Counted from the first letter of the stretch, positions 18,195 to 28,216 are shown. The stretch is 64,000 nt of DNA from an uncultured Chloroflexia bacterium (GCA_963707215.1 CAVPPB010000002.1:160001-224000); one strand, 5' to 3'. Program-made: numbers and translations. The notes: generated from the letters alone by a model not told the origin.

Positions 18195-18686
18195 TCAGCG
18201 GGCCGTGACGGGGGCCACCATCTCGACGACGGGGAACTCGATCACCGTCCTGATCCGCTCGGGCGGGGTGTCCGGCGGGCTGAGGTAGACCTCGCGGGGT
18301 GGTCCGGCGGCCTCGAGGCCGTGCGCCTCGATCCACGCCCCCATGGTCTCGTAGGAGGCCCCGACCGTGTCGTAGGGGCCGACGTGGACGAGGGTCGCGA
18401 ACGTCCCGGCCGGGAGCTCCTGGACACACCAGCCGTCTGGCGCCTCGTCGGTCGCCCGGCCGATCGGGGCGCAGATCTCGATGTCGAACGGCAGGTCGGC
18501 CTGCGGCATGCCGTGGTAGATGACGAACGGCTCGCCCGCCGGCTCGATGCCGCGGGCGCCCAGGTGGCCGTAGACCTCGCCGAACGCGCTTCCCATGACC
18601 CGGCCGATCTCCGAGAGCCGGACCGCGACCCGCTTCGCCATGACGAGGGCAGCTTCTCGCTGCCCGACCTTGACCTCGTGCTCCAC
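18195..18686 (-). CDS. GyrI-like small-molecule binding protein
   Basis: ELPAGTFATLVHVGPYD, GPPREVYL; AAGGAGG before GTG. Confidence 0.85.
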   Translation of the reverse strand: MEHEVKVGQREAALVMAKRVAVRLSEIGRVMGSAFGEVYGHLGARGIEPAGEPFVIYHGMPQADLPFDIEICAPIGRATDEAPDGWCVQELPAGTFATLVHVGPYDTVGASYETMGAWIEAHGLEAAGPPREVYLSPPDTPPERIRTVIEFPVVEMVAPVTAR

Positions 18687-18874
18687 GTGACGCCTCCTTG
18701 CCGGTCCGGTCACTCGACCCACCGGCCGACGGTCCATCTTGGGGCCGGCGGAATGGGCCGACCAGAGTCGTCCGGCTCGAACCGCCGCCCGGCGTTGCCT
18801 CGATGCCGGGCCCGGACTAGGCTGGGGGTTCGGCCGCACCGGCCCGCGTCCCGGTGGCCGAGAGGAGGGCACCC

Positions 18875-19675
18875 ATGGCCGTGACCGACACTCAGCGTAT
18901 CCACGAGCTCCTGGCTCGCTTCAGCGAAGGCGACCCGGGTGCGGTGAGCGAGCTCATCGCCCGGGAGTTCTTCACCTACGATCCCGGCGACGGCGAGGAA
19001 ACGGCTACCGAGGTCTTCGCCCGGTTCGCCGCCGATCTCAAGGCGGCCGCCCCGGACCTGCGGGTCGAGATCCCCGACCTCGACGTCCGGGAGGACGGCC
19101 GGCTCCACGGGACGGCGATCGTGACGGGCACCCACTCGGCGCCGCTCTGGGGCGTTCCACCGAGCGGTCGCCGCCACCGGTTCGAGATCCCGGTCACGTT
19201 CCGGCCCGTCGACGGACGCTACGCCGTCAACCTCGACCTCGCCGTCCCGGCCATCCTGGCGATCCTCCGCGAGCTGGACCTGGTGAACCCGCCGGACCAG
19301 ATGCACCTACCCCCCGCACACCCGGTCGTGATCGACGACTTCATGGTCAAGGTCCTCTTCACCGGCCAGGTCGCCGACAAGCCGTGTCCCCATCTTGCCG
19401 ACGTGCGGGTGACCCGGCCTACGGCCGACCTCTGCGACGACTGCGGTCCCGACGACATCTGGCCGGCGCTCCGGATGTGCCTGACGTGTGGCAACGTCGG
19501 CTGCTGCGACACGTCGACGAACAAGCACGCCAAGGCGCACTGGGAGCAGACCGGCCATCCGCTGATGCGCTCGATCAGGACCGACGAGGCCTGGATCTGG
19601 TGCTACGCCGACAACGCCCTGTTCCAGCGGCGAACGCTGGAGGCGATCGAGTCGCGCCTGGCGGCGGCGTCCTGA
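18875..19675 (+). CDS. SnoaL-like ester cyclase fused to a UBP-type zinc finger
   Basis: N-terminal AAAPDLRVEI...GTHSAPLWGVPPSGR; C-terminal CPHL...CDDC...LRMCLTCGNVGCCD...KHAKAH...HP...WCY. Confidence 0.82.
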   Translation: MAVTDTQRIHELLARFSEGDPGAVSELIAREFFTYDPGDGEETATEVFARFAADLKAAAPDLRVEIPDLDVREDGRLHGTAIVTGTHSAPLWGVPPSGRRHRFEIPVTFRPVDGRYAVNLDLAVPAILAILRELDLVNPPDQMHLPPAHPVVIDDFMVKVLFTGQVADKPCPHLADVRVTRPTADLCDDCGPDDIWPALRMCLTCGNVGCCDTSTNKHAKAHWEQTGHPLMRSIRTDEAWIWCYADNALFQRRTLEAIESRLAAAS

Positions 19676-19914
19676 TGGCCTACATGGTCTACCAGCAGTA
19701 CGCCTCGGCGATCCGTGACGCCTATGGACACGGTCGCGATCCGGACGAGCTGCGCAGGCACCTGGCCGAGGCGCGCCGGGCACGAGCCTGGCTGGCCCTG
19801 CTCGAGGTCGACCCGACGATCCGGGCCTCGCTCGTCGAGCCGATGGCTGTCGTCGAGGATGCCTTCGCCGGGCTGCTGGGCAGCGCCGGAACGGACGGCT
19901 CGGTGCGGCGCTGA
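19675..19914 (+). CDS. Small helical hypothetical protein, translationally coupled
   Basis: TGATG overlap; MAYMVYQQYASAIRDAYG..., 79 aa. Confidence 0.55.
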   Translation: MAYMVYQQYASAIRDAYGHGRDPDELRRHLAEARRARAWLALLEVDPTIRASLVEPMAVVEDAFAGLLGSAGTDGSVRR

Positions 19915-19930
19915 CGGCGGCCCTGGACCG

Positions 19931-20509
19931 CTACTCGATCGGCATCTCCATCGTCACGCACTCGACCCGGACGCCGTCCGGCAGCTCGATGTCCACGCGC
20001 GCTCCTGCCCGGAAGCCGTAGCGCTCGTACAGCCGGAGACCCGGCAACGTCGCCATCAGCGAGAGCTTGCGGAAGCCTTCGCTTCGAGCCGCTGCCCGGC
20101 AGGCGTCGAGGATCCGCGTTCCCAGGCCGCGGCGTGTCCAGTCGGCACGCACGAACATCGCCCGCACCCGGGCGGCCTCGGACGATGGATCGAGGAGCCG
20201 GACCAGGCCCTCCTGGTCGGCCGATCCGCTGAAGAGCTTGTCCCGCCGGCTCCAGCCCCCACAGGCGACGATCGCGCCATCGGCCTCGAGGACGAAGTAG
20301 GTCCCGTCGTCGATGAGCATCGGGTCGACGTGGGAGATGTGGACGATGCTCGATTCGGTCTGCCGCGCATCGTAGAAGCCCGGGAAGATGTCCCGGATCG
20401 ACGCCTTCATCAGGGCATCGATGGCCTCGGCGTCCGCGGGAGCGGCCATCCGCAGTACCGGCTCGCCCGGTCGCGAGGGTACGGATGTCTCTTCGGGACG
20501 GGACGCCAT
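19931..20509 (-). CDS. GNAT-family N-acetyltransferase
   Basis: VACGGWS, RAMFVRADWTRRGLG, LYERYGF. Confidence 0.88.
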   Translation of the reverse strand: MASRPEETSVPSRPGEPVLRMAAPADAEAIDALMKASIRDIFPGFYDARQTESSIVHISHVDPMLIDDGTYFVLEADGAIVACGGWSRRDKLFSGSADQEGLVRLLDPSSEAARVRAMFVRADWTRRGLGTRILDACRAAARSEGFRKLSLMATLPGLRLYERYGFRAGARVDIELPDGVRVECVTMEMPIE

Positions 20510-21056
20510 CCGCGCATCATGGGCGATCGGACGGACGCGAGGAAGCCTCGGGCCGGAGCCGGCCGACGTCGGCACCCCGCCACTGCCGTGTGATGCCGCA
20601 GCGCCCGCGGACATGCGTGACGGGCGGCCCGCGGGCCGCCCGTCACGGTTCCCTCCCTCCGAAGCCGGTCGCCTAGTGGCTCTTCTCGATCCAGCCGAGC
20701 ATGCCGCTGGTCATCAGCCGCCTGGTCCCGTGGGCCGCACGCTCGACCACGGACGCACCGGCGGCGACATCCAGGCTCATGCTCACGACACCCAAGAGAT
20801 GCCGCTGGACCACCGAAGCGATTCAGGGCATCGCGGAGGGGCGCGGGGATCGAGCGCCCGCGGCCGCTACAGGCGATGGGATCACGTACCTAGGGTGTCC
20901 AGATGCGTCCGTCGCGAAACCGCGCGAGCGGCCGTACCCACCCGGGAGGGGGCGCCGGTCGGGAGGGCCGACGGCGCGGTATCGTCCCCCCATGCCGTTC
21001 GCCGTCGCCGACCCGGACGGGCGACCTCCTGGCGCCGCCGCAAGCCTGATCATCCG

Positions 21057-21995
21057 ATGACCGGGCGGTACAAGCTGCGCCTCCGCCGTCCCCGGTTCAC
21101 CGGCGCCACGACCCCGCTGGCGACCCCGCGCCAGAGCGCCGGGCGCCTCGTCGGGCTCGGGCTCGTCGCAGTCGTCATCGCCGTCGTCGTCTGGGTGGGC
21201 ACGACCCAGACGCTGACCGGCCAGCGACTCGCCGACGTCATCCTGTGGGGCCGCTTCGCCGCCGATCTCTCGATCCTCGAGGCCGCCAACGACGCGCTGG
21301 CGCTCGTGGGCCTGACCTCGGCCGTGATCGCCGGCCTGGGGCTGGCCACCATCGCCCTTGCTCATGGTGGCTTCGGGCTGGTCGGCGCCATGACGGTCCT
21401 GCTCGCGGGCGCGAACCTCACGAGCCTCGGCCTGAAGCTCGTCCTCGAGCGCCCGGACCTGCTCGGCAGCGTGGCCTACGCCTTCGGCAACAGCTTCCCG
21501 AGCGGTACGGTCACCCTTGCCGCGTCGATCGGCCTGGCCGCCGTGCTGGTGGTGCCCCGGCGCCTCCGGACGCCGACCGCGGTCCTCGCGGCCGTCCTCG
21601 TCGCCGTGATCGGGGCCAGCACCATCGTGGCCGGCTGGCATCGCCTCGCCGACGTCGTCGGTGCGATCGCGATCGCCCTCGCCTGGGCCTCGCTCGTCGC
21701 CGGCGCCCTCGTCGTCGCCCAGGGCTGGATGCCCCGACGGACCTGGGGACACGGCCGTGGCGGACGGACCGCCCAGGTGATCGGTCTCGTCGGACTCATG
21801 GCCGTGGTCGCAGGCGGTCTCGGTGTCGCCCTCGTGATCGCGGATCAGCCGGGGCTGGCGGAGCTGATCGCCGCCCGGGCCTCCTCGCCGGGTCCGTTCA
21901 TCGCGGCCCTGGCGATCGCCATCGGGACGGCGTTGATCGCGTTCGCTGCGTATGTCTGGGCGATGCGTGGGGTCGCCTTCGAGCTAAAGGGCTGA
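21057..21995 (+). CDS. PAP2-family membrane phosphatase-like protein
   Basis: KLVLERP, NSFPSGT (usually SGH), WHRLADV; multi-TM. Confidence 0.8.
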   Translation: MTGRYKLRLRRPRFTGATTPLATPRQSAGRLVGLGLVAVVIAVVVWVGTTQTLTGQRLADVILWGRFAADLSILEAANDALALVGLTSAVIAGLGLATIALAHGGFGLVGAMTVLLAGANLTSLGLKLVLERPDLLGSVAYAFGNSFPSGTVTLAASIGLAAVLVVPRRLRTPTAVLAAVLVAVIGASTIVAGWHRLADVVGAIAIALAWASLVAGALVVAQGWMPRRTWGHGRGGRTAQVIGLVGLMAVVAGGLGVALVIADQPGLAELIAARASSPGPFIAALAIAIGTALIAFAAYVWAMRGVAFELKG

Positions 21996-22304
21996 CACGG
22001 AAGAACGGTCGGCGGGACGAAGGCCGACGCGACCCGGCGCGGACACGAGCGGACCGGCGGGTCGGTTCCGACGACCTGCCGGTCCTACTCGATCTCCCGG
22101 CTAAGGAGGACCGAGCGCGGCTCAGCCTACACGGGGTGGCGTCCCCCCGCCACGGTGGCCGGACCCTTGGGGCGTCGCGGGGTCCTTCCGTCCCGCGCCG
22201 TGCCGGCGAACCATGACGTCCGATACTCGCGGCCGGGTGTAGCCTCGAACCGAAGGTCGGCCCGGGCCGACCGATCCGGTGCCACTGCAGCGAGAGACCC
22301 TTTC

Positions 22305-23369
22305 ATGTCGGGACCGACGTTCACTACGACCGCGGAGGCTATCGTGGCGGCCCGCGCGAACCTCGACCCGGCCGAGTGGGACGACCTCATGGGGGGGGCC
22401 GAGAGCGAGACGACCCTCAGGCGGAACCAGCTCGGGTACGACGCGCTCGCCTTCCGTCCTCGGGTCCAGGCGCAGGATGCCCTCGTCGACCCATCGACGA
22501 GCTTCCTGGGCCACGCCCTGCGCATCCCCGTCCTCCTGGGCCCGCTGGGTTCGCCGCAACGCCTGACACCCGATGGGCCGATCGCGCTCGCGCGGGCTGC
22601 CGCGGCGTTCGGAACCGTGCCCTTCGTCAGCACCGCCTCGCGGCCGGACTTCGAGGAGGTCGCCCGCGACGTGGCGGGCCCCCGGATCCTCCACCTGGCG
22701 ATCCGCCAGGGATTCGACTGGTGCGCCGACGTGTTGGCCCGGGCGCGGGCCTCCGGCTACGTCGCCGTGAACCTGACGGTCGGCAGCCCGCGACTCGGGC
22801 GGATGGAGCGACAGGCCGGCGGCGCGCGGCGGGCCAAGCCACCCGAGGACCCGTTCCGCTCGGGGCTGACCTGGGCCGACGTCGACCGGATCCGCGATCT
22901 TGCAGAGCTTCCGCTGATCGTCAAGGGCATCTCGACGGGGGAGGACGCGCGGATCGCGCTCGACCACGGCGTCGACGCGATCTGCGTCTCGAACCACGGC
23001 GGTCGGACCCTCGACCATGCCCAGGCGACGATCGATGCCCTGCCCGAAGTCGTGGACGCGGTCTCCGGCCGGGTCGAGGTGCTGGTGGACGGCGGGGTCA
23101 TGCGGGGATCCGACGTGATCAAGGCCGTGGCCCTTGGGGCCCGGGCGACGACCATCGGCAAGCTCGAGGGCATCGGCCTCGCGGCGGGCGGCGAAGCCGG
23201 ACTCGTCTCCGTGCTCGAGATCCTGGAGGACGAGATCGTGACGGCCATGGAGCTGCTCGGGGTCGCCGGCCTCGTCGAACTGACCCCCGAGCATCTCCGG
23301 CCGGCCCGACCGGTCCGCTTCCCCCGCGACCTCGGCGGCTTCCCGACCCTGGTGGAGTCGAGCCGATGA
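22305..23369 (+). CDS. FMN-dependent alpha-hydroxy acid oxidase family protein (1)
   Basis: LPLIVKGI, VSNHGGRTLD, VDGGVMRGSDVIKA. Confidence 0.88.
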   Translation: MSGPTFTTTAEAIVAARANLDPAEWDDLMGGAESETTLRRNQLGYDALAFRPRVQAQDALVDPSTSFLGHALRIPVLLGPLGSPQRLTPDGPIALARAAAAFGTVPFVSTASRPDFEEVARDVAGPRILHLAIRQGFDWCADVLARARASGYVAVNLTVGSPRLGRMERQAGGARRAKPPEDPFRSGLTWADVDRIRDLAELPLIVKGISTGEDARIALDHGVDAICVSNHGGRTLDHAQATIDALPEVVDAVSGRVEVLVDGGVMRGSDVIKAVALGARATTIGKLEGIGLAAGGEAGLVSVLEILEDEIVTAMELLGVAGLVELTPEHLRPARPVRFPRDLGGFPTLVESSR

Positions 23370-24469
23370 GCACGAGCGAGCCGTTGACCACGACCGAGCC
23401 GGACTTCGCGACCAGCGCGGAGGCGATCGCGGCGGCCCGCGCCAGGCTCTCCGACGTGGCGTGGGATCGCCTCGTCGGGGCCGCGGAGTCCGAGTCGACG
23501 GCGCTCCGGAACCGCCTGGCGCTGGACTGCATCGCGTTGCGGCCGCGCGTGCTCGTGGGGGTGGCCGACGTGGACCCGTCAACGACCGTCCTGGGGCAGC
23601 GCGTCCGCATCCCGGTCCTGCTCGCCAACATCGGCGATCCGGAGGCCCTGTCGCCGGCTGGCTACGAGGCCGTGATGGAGGTCGCATCAGGGGCCGGAAG
23701 CATCCCGTTCGTGGCCCGGAGGGCAGAGGCTCGACCCGGGGCGAGAGCCGGGTCGCACGTCGTCACGTCGGGCTCACCGCGTCCGATCCTGGAGCTCCCG
23801 GCCCACGACCCGGACACCCTGTCGTCCGACCTCGTCGAGCGTGCAGCGGACCGCGGCTACGCGGCGCTGTGCCTCAGCCTGGTCCCGCACCGGGCCGGTC
23901 GACGGGAGCGCGAGCCATGCGAACCGCGGCCGCTACCGCGACGGCTCCGCGATGTCTGGCGGGTCGTGGCGGAGGTCCGTGGGCGCACCACGCTCCCGCT
24001 CGTGGTCAAGGGGGTGATGGGTGGGGAGGATGCCCGGATGGCGATCGACCAGGGCTGTGCCGGGATCTACGTCTCCAACCTCGGAGGTCGCGCACTCGAC
24101 CACGCCGAGGGGACGATCGACGTGCTGCCCGAGGTCGTGGCCGCGGTGAACGGCCGAGCCGAGGTGATCGTGGACGGCGGGTTCACGCGAGGCACCGACA
24201 TGGTCAAGGCGCTGGCCTGCGGTGCCCGAGCGGTCGCCATCGGACGCCTCCAGGGCTTCGGACTGGCGGCCGGTGGGGCTGCCGGCCTTGGGAGGATCCT
24301 CGAGATCCTGGAGGACGAGCTGCGGATCGCGATGTCGCTGCTGGGCGCGCAGACGGTCGGTGACCTCGGTCCGGGCAACCTCGCCCACGACGCCCTCCCG
24401 GTCCAGCTCCCGGGCGAGCCCGGCGCCCCCGCTCGGAACGCGGCCGGTCCCGGGAGGCCGACCGCCTGA
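23366..24469 (+). CDS. FMN-dependent alpha-hydroxy acid oxidase family protein (2), catalytic His replaced by Leu
   Basis: ATGA overlap; LPLVVKGV, VSNLGGRALD, VDGGFTRGTD. Confidence 0.85.
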   Translation: MSTSEPLTTTEPDFATSAEAIAAARARLSDVAWDRLVGAAESESTALRNRLALDCIALRPRVLVGVADVDPSTTVLGQRVRIPVLLANIGDPEALSPAGYEAVMEVASGAGSIPFVARRAEARPGARAGSHVVTSGSPRPILELPAHDPDTLSSDLVERAADRGYAALCLSLVPHRAGRREREPCEPRPLPRRLRDVWRVVAEVRGRTTLPLVVKGVMGGEDARMAIDQGCAGIYVSNLGGRALDHAEGTIDVLPEVVAAVNGRAEVIVDGGFTRGTDMVKALACGARAVAIGRLQGFGLAAGGAAGLGRILEILEDELRIAMSLLGAQTVGDLGPGNLAHDALPVQLPGEPGAPARNAAGPGRPTA

Positions 24470-24498
24470 CGGTCTCCCGGTGCCAGCAGTCGGCCGGT

Positions 24499-25171
24499 TC
24501 AGCCCGAGCGCAGCAGCAGGTGCCAGTAGGCCCAGCCGCCCTGGGCCTCGCTGTCCGCGTCGACGATCTCGAGCCCCTCGGTCTCGAGCCAGCGGGTCAC
24601 CCGCTGGCGACCCGGGTAGTAGTGGTAGCCGGCGACGTCGCCCTCGACGACCTCGCCGCGGACCGCGGGCAGGCCCCGGCCAGTGAGCTCCGCGACCGCC
24701 TCGTCGATCACGGCCTCGTCGACCTCCTCGACGGTCAGGTAGAGGTGGCCGCCCGGCCGGACGGCACGGTGGACGTTGGCAAGGACGAGCGGCCAGTCCT
24801 CGGGCGCGACGTTCTCCATCGCATCGATCGTCATGACCGCGTCGAACTCGCGCTCGAAGGCCAGCTCCTGGAGGCCGATCCGGTGCAGGTCAAGGGCGAT
24901 CCCCTTGCGCGCCGCCTGCTCGAGCATCCGGGCCGACTGGTCGATGCCGACGACCCGACGTCCCGCCGCGGCCACGAGCGGGAAGTACCGGCCGGTGCCG
25001 CACGGTGCGTCGAGGACCAGCCCGTCCGCTGGGCACGTGGCCAGGAGGCGGTCCACGAAGACGCGCTGCATCTCGGCGGGGTAGGGATCGTCGTCGAAGG
25101 TCGGAGGCCTCCGCGTCGTAGGCCGCCCGGGTCGCGGCCCGCCGCTCGTCCAGCCAGGCTCGGCGATCCAC
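24499..25171 (-). CDS. Class I SAM-dependent methyltransferase, frameshifted near 25105
   Basis: VLDAPCGTG motif I; the N-terminus MDRRAWLDERR...AYDAEA joins PTFDDDPYPAEMQR if one base is removed. Confidence 0.75.
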
Positions 25172-25172
25172 C

Positions 25173-25877
25173 TCAGGACCTCCCCGGCTCGACGGGTCCG
25201 GCGCCGGGGTCTCGATCCGCTTCCAGGAGGCGCTCGAGGCCGTCGAGGATGAGGTCGAGCCCGAACTCGAAGTCGATCCGGAGGGCCTGCGGGGCGGAGG
25301 TGACCAGCTCGATCATGGCGACCAGGTTGGGGTACTCGCCCGCCGGGAGCTCCCGGCCCATCGCCGCGGCCATCTCCGGGCCATCCTCCATGTCGTACGA
25401 CCAGCTCTGCTCCTGGAGCGTGAAGCCGTAGGTGTGGCTGTCGAGGGCCATGAATGCCCGCCCGATGACCGGCATCGCGAACCCCGCCTTGGCCAGCACG
25501 CCGATCACCGAATCGACGTAGCGGAGCCTGGCCGGTCCCAGATGGAGCCGCGACTCCAGCAGGCCGCTGGCCCAGGGGTGCCGCCGGAGGACCTCGTGGG
25601 CCGAGATCGCGCTTCGTCGGATGGCGGTCCTCCAGTAGGTCTCGAACGAGGGGACCTCGAACTCGGCCGTGATCAGGTCGGCCACCCCGTCGAGGAGGTC
25701 CTCCTTGTTCCGGACGTGGTTGTAGAGGGACATCGCCTCGACCCCGAGGGCCTGGCCGAGCCTGCGCATGCTGAGGGACCCGATCCCGCGTTCGTCGGCA
25801 AGGTCGACCGCAGTCCGAAGGACCCGGTCCCGGGTCAGGGGGGCGCGTGGGGCGGGAACCTGCTCGGTGGACGTCAT
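25173..25877 (-). CDS. TetR/AcrR-family regulator (TetR_C type)
   Basis: LSMRRLGQALGVEAMSLYNHV HTH; FEFGLDLILDG. Confidence 0.92.
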   Translation of the reverse strand: MTSTEQVPAPRAPLTRDRVLRTAVDLADERGIGSLSMRRLGQALGVEAMSLYNHVRNKEDLLDGVADLITAEFEVPSFETYWRTAIRRSAISAHEVLRRHPWASGLLESRLHLGPARLRYVDSVIGVLAKAGFAMPVIGRAFMALDSHTYGFTLQEQSWSYDMEDGPEMAAAMGRELPAGEYPNLVAMIELVTSAPQALRIDFEFGLDLILDGLERLLEADRDPGAGPVEPGRS

Positions 25878-25899
25878 CGGCGTGGGCCTCGGATAGGGC

Positions 25900-25950
25900 T
25901 TGACAAACTTACGGTGTACATATACCTTACACCGTACGCTTACAGTGTAC
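25900..25950 (+). promoter_or_regulatory. Sigma70 promoter overlapped by three TetR operator repeats
   Basis: TTGACA(25900)-17 bp-TACCTT; CTTACGGTGTAC (25908), CTTACACCGTAC (25926), CTTACAGTGTAC (25939). Confidence 0.75.
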
Positions 25951-26011
25951 ACCCTGACCTGCGGGACGGCTACCGGACCAGGCAGGTCGCATCGATGCGA
26001 GGGGAGCCGAC

Positions 26012-26998
26012 ATGCCGACCACCATGACCGCCATCGTCCAGGACCGCTACGGCCCGCTCGACCGGGTCCTCGAGCTCGCCGAGGTCGATCGACCCACGGT
26101 CGGCGACAGCGAGGTCCTGGTCCGCGTCCACGCCGCGTCCATCCACGTCGGCGACGTGTTCGTCGCGAAGGGCGTCCCGTACCTGTTCCGCCCCACGTAC
26201 GGGCTGCGCCGCCCCAAGCAGCGGATCCCGGGGACGGACCTCGCCGGGACCGTCGAGGCGGTCGGTCCGAAGGCAGGCCGCTTCAAGCCAGGGGACACCG
26301 TGTTCGGCTGGTGTAGCGGCGCTTTCGCGGAGTACGTCGCGGTCGCCGAGGAGGCGCTGGCGCTGATGCCGGCCGATCTCACGTTCGAGGAGGCTGCCGC
26401 GCTCGGAGTCTCGGCGATGACCGCGCTCCAGGCGCTCCGTGACCAGGCCGGGGTCCGACCGGGCCAGAAGATCCTGGTCAACGGGGCGGCCGGCGGCGTC
26501 GGCACCTTCGCGGTGCAGATCGCCAAGTCCCTCGGTGCCGAGGTCACCGGCGTGTGCAGCACCCGGAGCGTGGATCTCGTCCGGTCCCTCGGCGCCGACC
26601 GCGTCATCGACTACACGCGCCAGGATTTCACCAAGGGTGGCGAGCGGTACGACGTCATCCTCGACAACGTCGGCAACCACTCGCTGAGGGCCACTCGTCG
26701 AGCCCTCGCCCCGGACGGGATCCTGCTCGCCAACGGGTCCGACGTCGGCGGCTGGCTCGTTGGGATCGGCCGCCCGATCAAGGCGATGGTCTCGTCGATC
26801 TTCGTGCGCCAGCAGGGCCGCCCGTTCTTGTCGACGCCGACCGCTGCCGACCTCTTCCACCTGAAGGAGCTCGCTGAGTCGGGCCGGGTCAGGCCGGTCA
26901 TCGATCGCACCTATCCCCTGGTCGAGGGGGCCCGGGCCATGCTCTACGTCGCCGAGCGACATGCCCAGGGGACGACCGTCATCACCACCGCCTCATAG
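26012..26998 (+). CDS. MDR-family NAD(P)-dependent oxidoreductase (Zn-independent ADH/quinone reductase-like)
   Basis: GTDLAGTVEAVG, GAFAEY, NGAAGGVGTFAVQIAK. Confidence 0.9.
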   Translation: MPTTMTAIVQDRYGPLDRVLELAEVDRPTVGDSEVLVRVHAASIHVGDVFVAKGVPYLFRPTYGLRRPKQRIPGTDLAGTVEAVGPKAGRFKPGDTVFGWCSGAFAEYVAVAEEALALMPADLTFEEAAALGVSAMTALQALRDQAGVRPGQKILVNGAAGGVGTFAVQIAKSLGAEVTGVCSTRSVDLVRSLGADRVIDYTRQDFTKGGERYDVILDNVGNHSLRATRRALAPDGILLANGSDVGGWLVGIGRPIKAMVSSIFVRQQGRPFLSTPTAADLFHLKELAESGRVRPVIDRTYPLVEGARAMLYVAERHAQGTTVITTAS

Positions 26999-27016
26999 CA
27001 CCAGGAGAAGCCTCCG

Positions 27017-27532
27017 ATGTTCATCCAGCTGCTCGTCCTCGCCGGCGCCGCGCTGGTCGCGATCGCCGCCGCGCTCGCTCTCTTCCTGCTCGGGATGCGG
27101 GCGAAGTCGCCGCTCGTGATGAAGCCCGTCATCTGGCTCAGCCGGGCCTTCATGAACCCGATGCAGATGCGCACGGCGGGCACGCCCGGCGCCTACGCCT
27201 CGGTGATCCGTCACCGTGGGCGGGTATCGGGCAAGCCCTACGAGACTCCTGTCGGCGTCCTCGCCGTCGATGACGACTTCCTCATCACCCTGCCGTATGG
27301 GACGTCCGCCCAGTGGCTCCGGAACGTGCTCGCGGCCGGGTCGGCGACCCTGGTCACCGAGGGCCGGACCTACGAGGTCGACCACCCCGAGCTCGTCCCG
27401 ATGGCGACGGTCGAGGCTCACTTCCCGGCCAGCGAGATCCGGAGCGCCCGTCTCTTCCGGGTCGACCAGTGCCTCCGGCTCCACCGGGCCGGCGCCACCG
27501 CGTGGGAACCGTCGTCCGCCCGGGCCGCATAG
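27017..27532 (+). CDS. Deazaflavin (F420)-dependent nitroreductase-family protein
   Basis: HRGRVSGKPYETPV, LPYG...WLRNVLAAG; N-terminal TM. Confidence 0.8.
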   Translation: MFIQLLVLAGAALVAIAAALALFLLGMRAKSPLVMKPVIWLSRAFMNPMQMRTAGTPGAYASVIRHRGRVSGKPYETPVGVLAVDDDFLITLPYGTSAQWLRNVLAAGSATLVTEGRTYEVDHPELVPMATVEAHFPASEIRSARLFRVDQCLRLHRAGATAWEPSSARAA

Positions 27533-27592
27533 GCGGGCGGCCCGCCGACAGGAGCGTCGCGGCGGCCGACCCGAGACCGGCCGCCGGCGCGA

Positions 27593-28210
27593 TCAGGCCG
27601 GCGGCATCGCGAGGATAGCCTCGAGCGCCGGCACGGCCCGGTCGAAGGTGCTCGCCACGGCCTCGGCCGGGTCACCCTCACCGTCCCCGCCAAGCCACGC
27701 CGCGATCCCCGCCCTCAGGACTGCGACCGTGGCGTGGGCGACGATCCGGGGGCGCGGATCCTGCTCGAGGTCGACGCCAAGATCGGTGGCGACCTCGGCT
27801 GCCAGGGCATCCTCCCAGCGGACCTGGTACGCGAACGCCGCGGCCGCCACCGCCGGCTCCAGCTGCCCGACACGAACCTCGGCGCGAACGAGCTCGGGTT
27901 CGAAGTAGGCGGTCGCCAGGGCGACGACCCCGCGGCGCAGGGCGGCGATCGTCGGCTCCTCGGGCGGGCCGTCCGCGAGGGCGACGTGGAGCGCGGCGAG
28001 CTTGCCCTCGGGGTCGACGATGAAGACCTCCTCCTTGCTGGCGAAGTAGCGGAAGAAGGTCCGCCGCGAGACGTTCGCCGCGGCGGCGATGTCGTCGATC
28101 GTCGTCGCCGCATAGCCCCGCTCCTCGAAGAGGCGCATCGCGGCCCGCGCCAGCGCGAGCCTGGTCGCGATCTTCTTGCGCTCGCGGAGTCCCCGGGGGA
28201 TCGGCTCCAT
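27593..28210 (-). CDS. TetR-family regulator (MftR-like C-terminus)
   Basis: GLRERKK...TTIDDIAAAANVSRRTFFRYFASKE. Confidence 0.92.
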   Translation of the reverse strand: MEPIPRGLRERKKIATRLALARAAMRLFEERGYAATTIDDIAAAANVSRRTFFRYFASKEEVFIVDPEGKLAALHVALADGPPEEPTIAALRRGVVALATAYFEPELVRAEVRVGQLEPAVAAAAFAYQVRWEDALAAEVATDLGVDLEQDPRPRIVAHATVAVLRAGIAAWLGGDGEGDPAEAVASTFDRAVPALEAILAMPPA

Positions 28211-28216
28211 GCCCCG

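Noticed and set aside
20673-20780. Short minus-strand ORF MSLDVAAGASVVERAAHGTRRLMTSGMLGWIEKSH
   Set aside because: 35 codons, no RBS and no recognisable motif; not supportable without homology.
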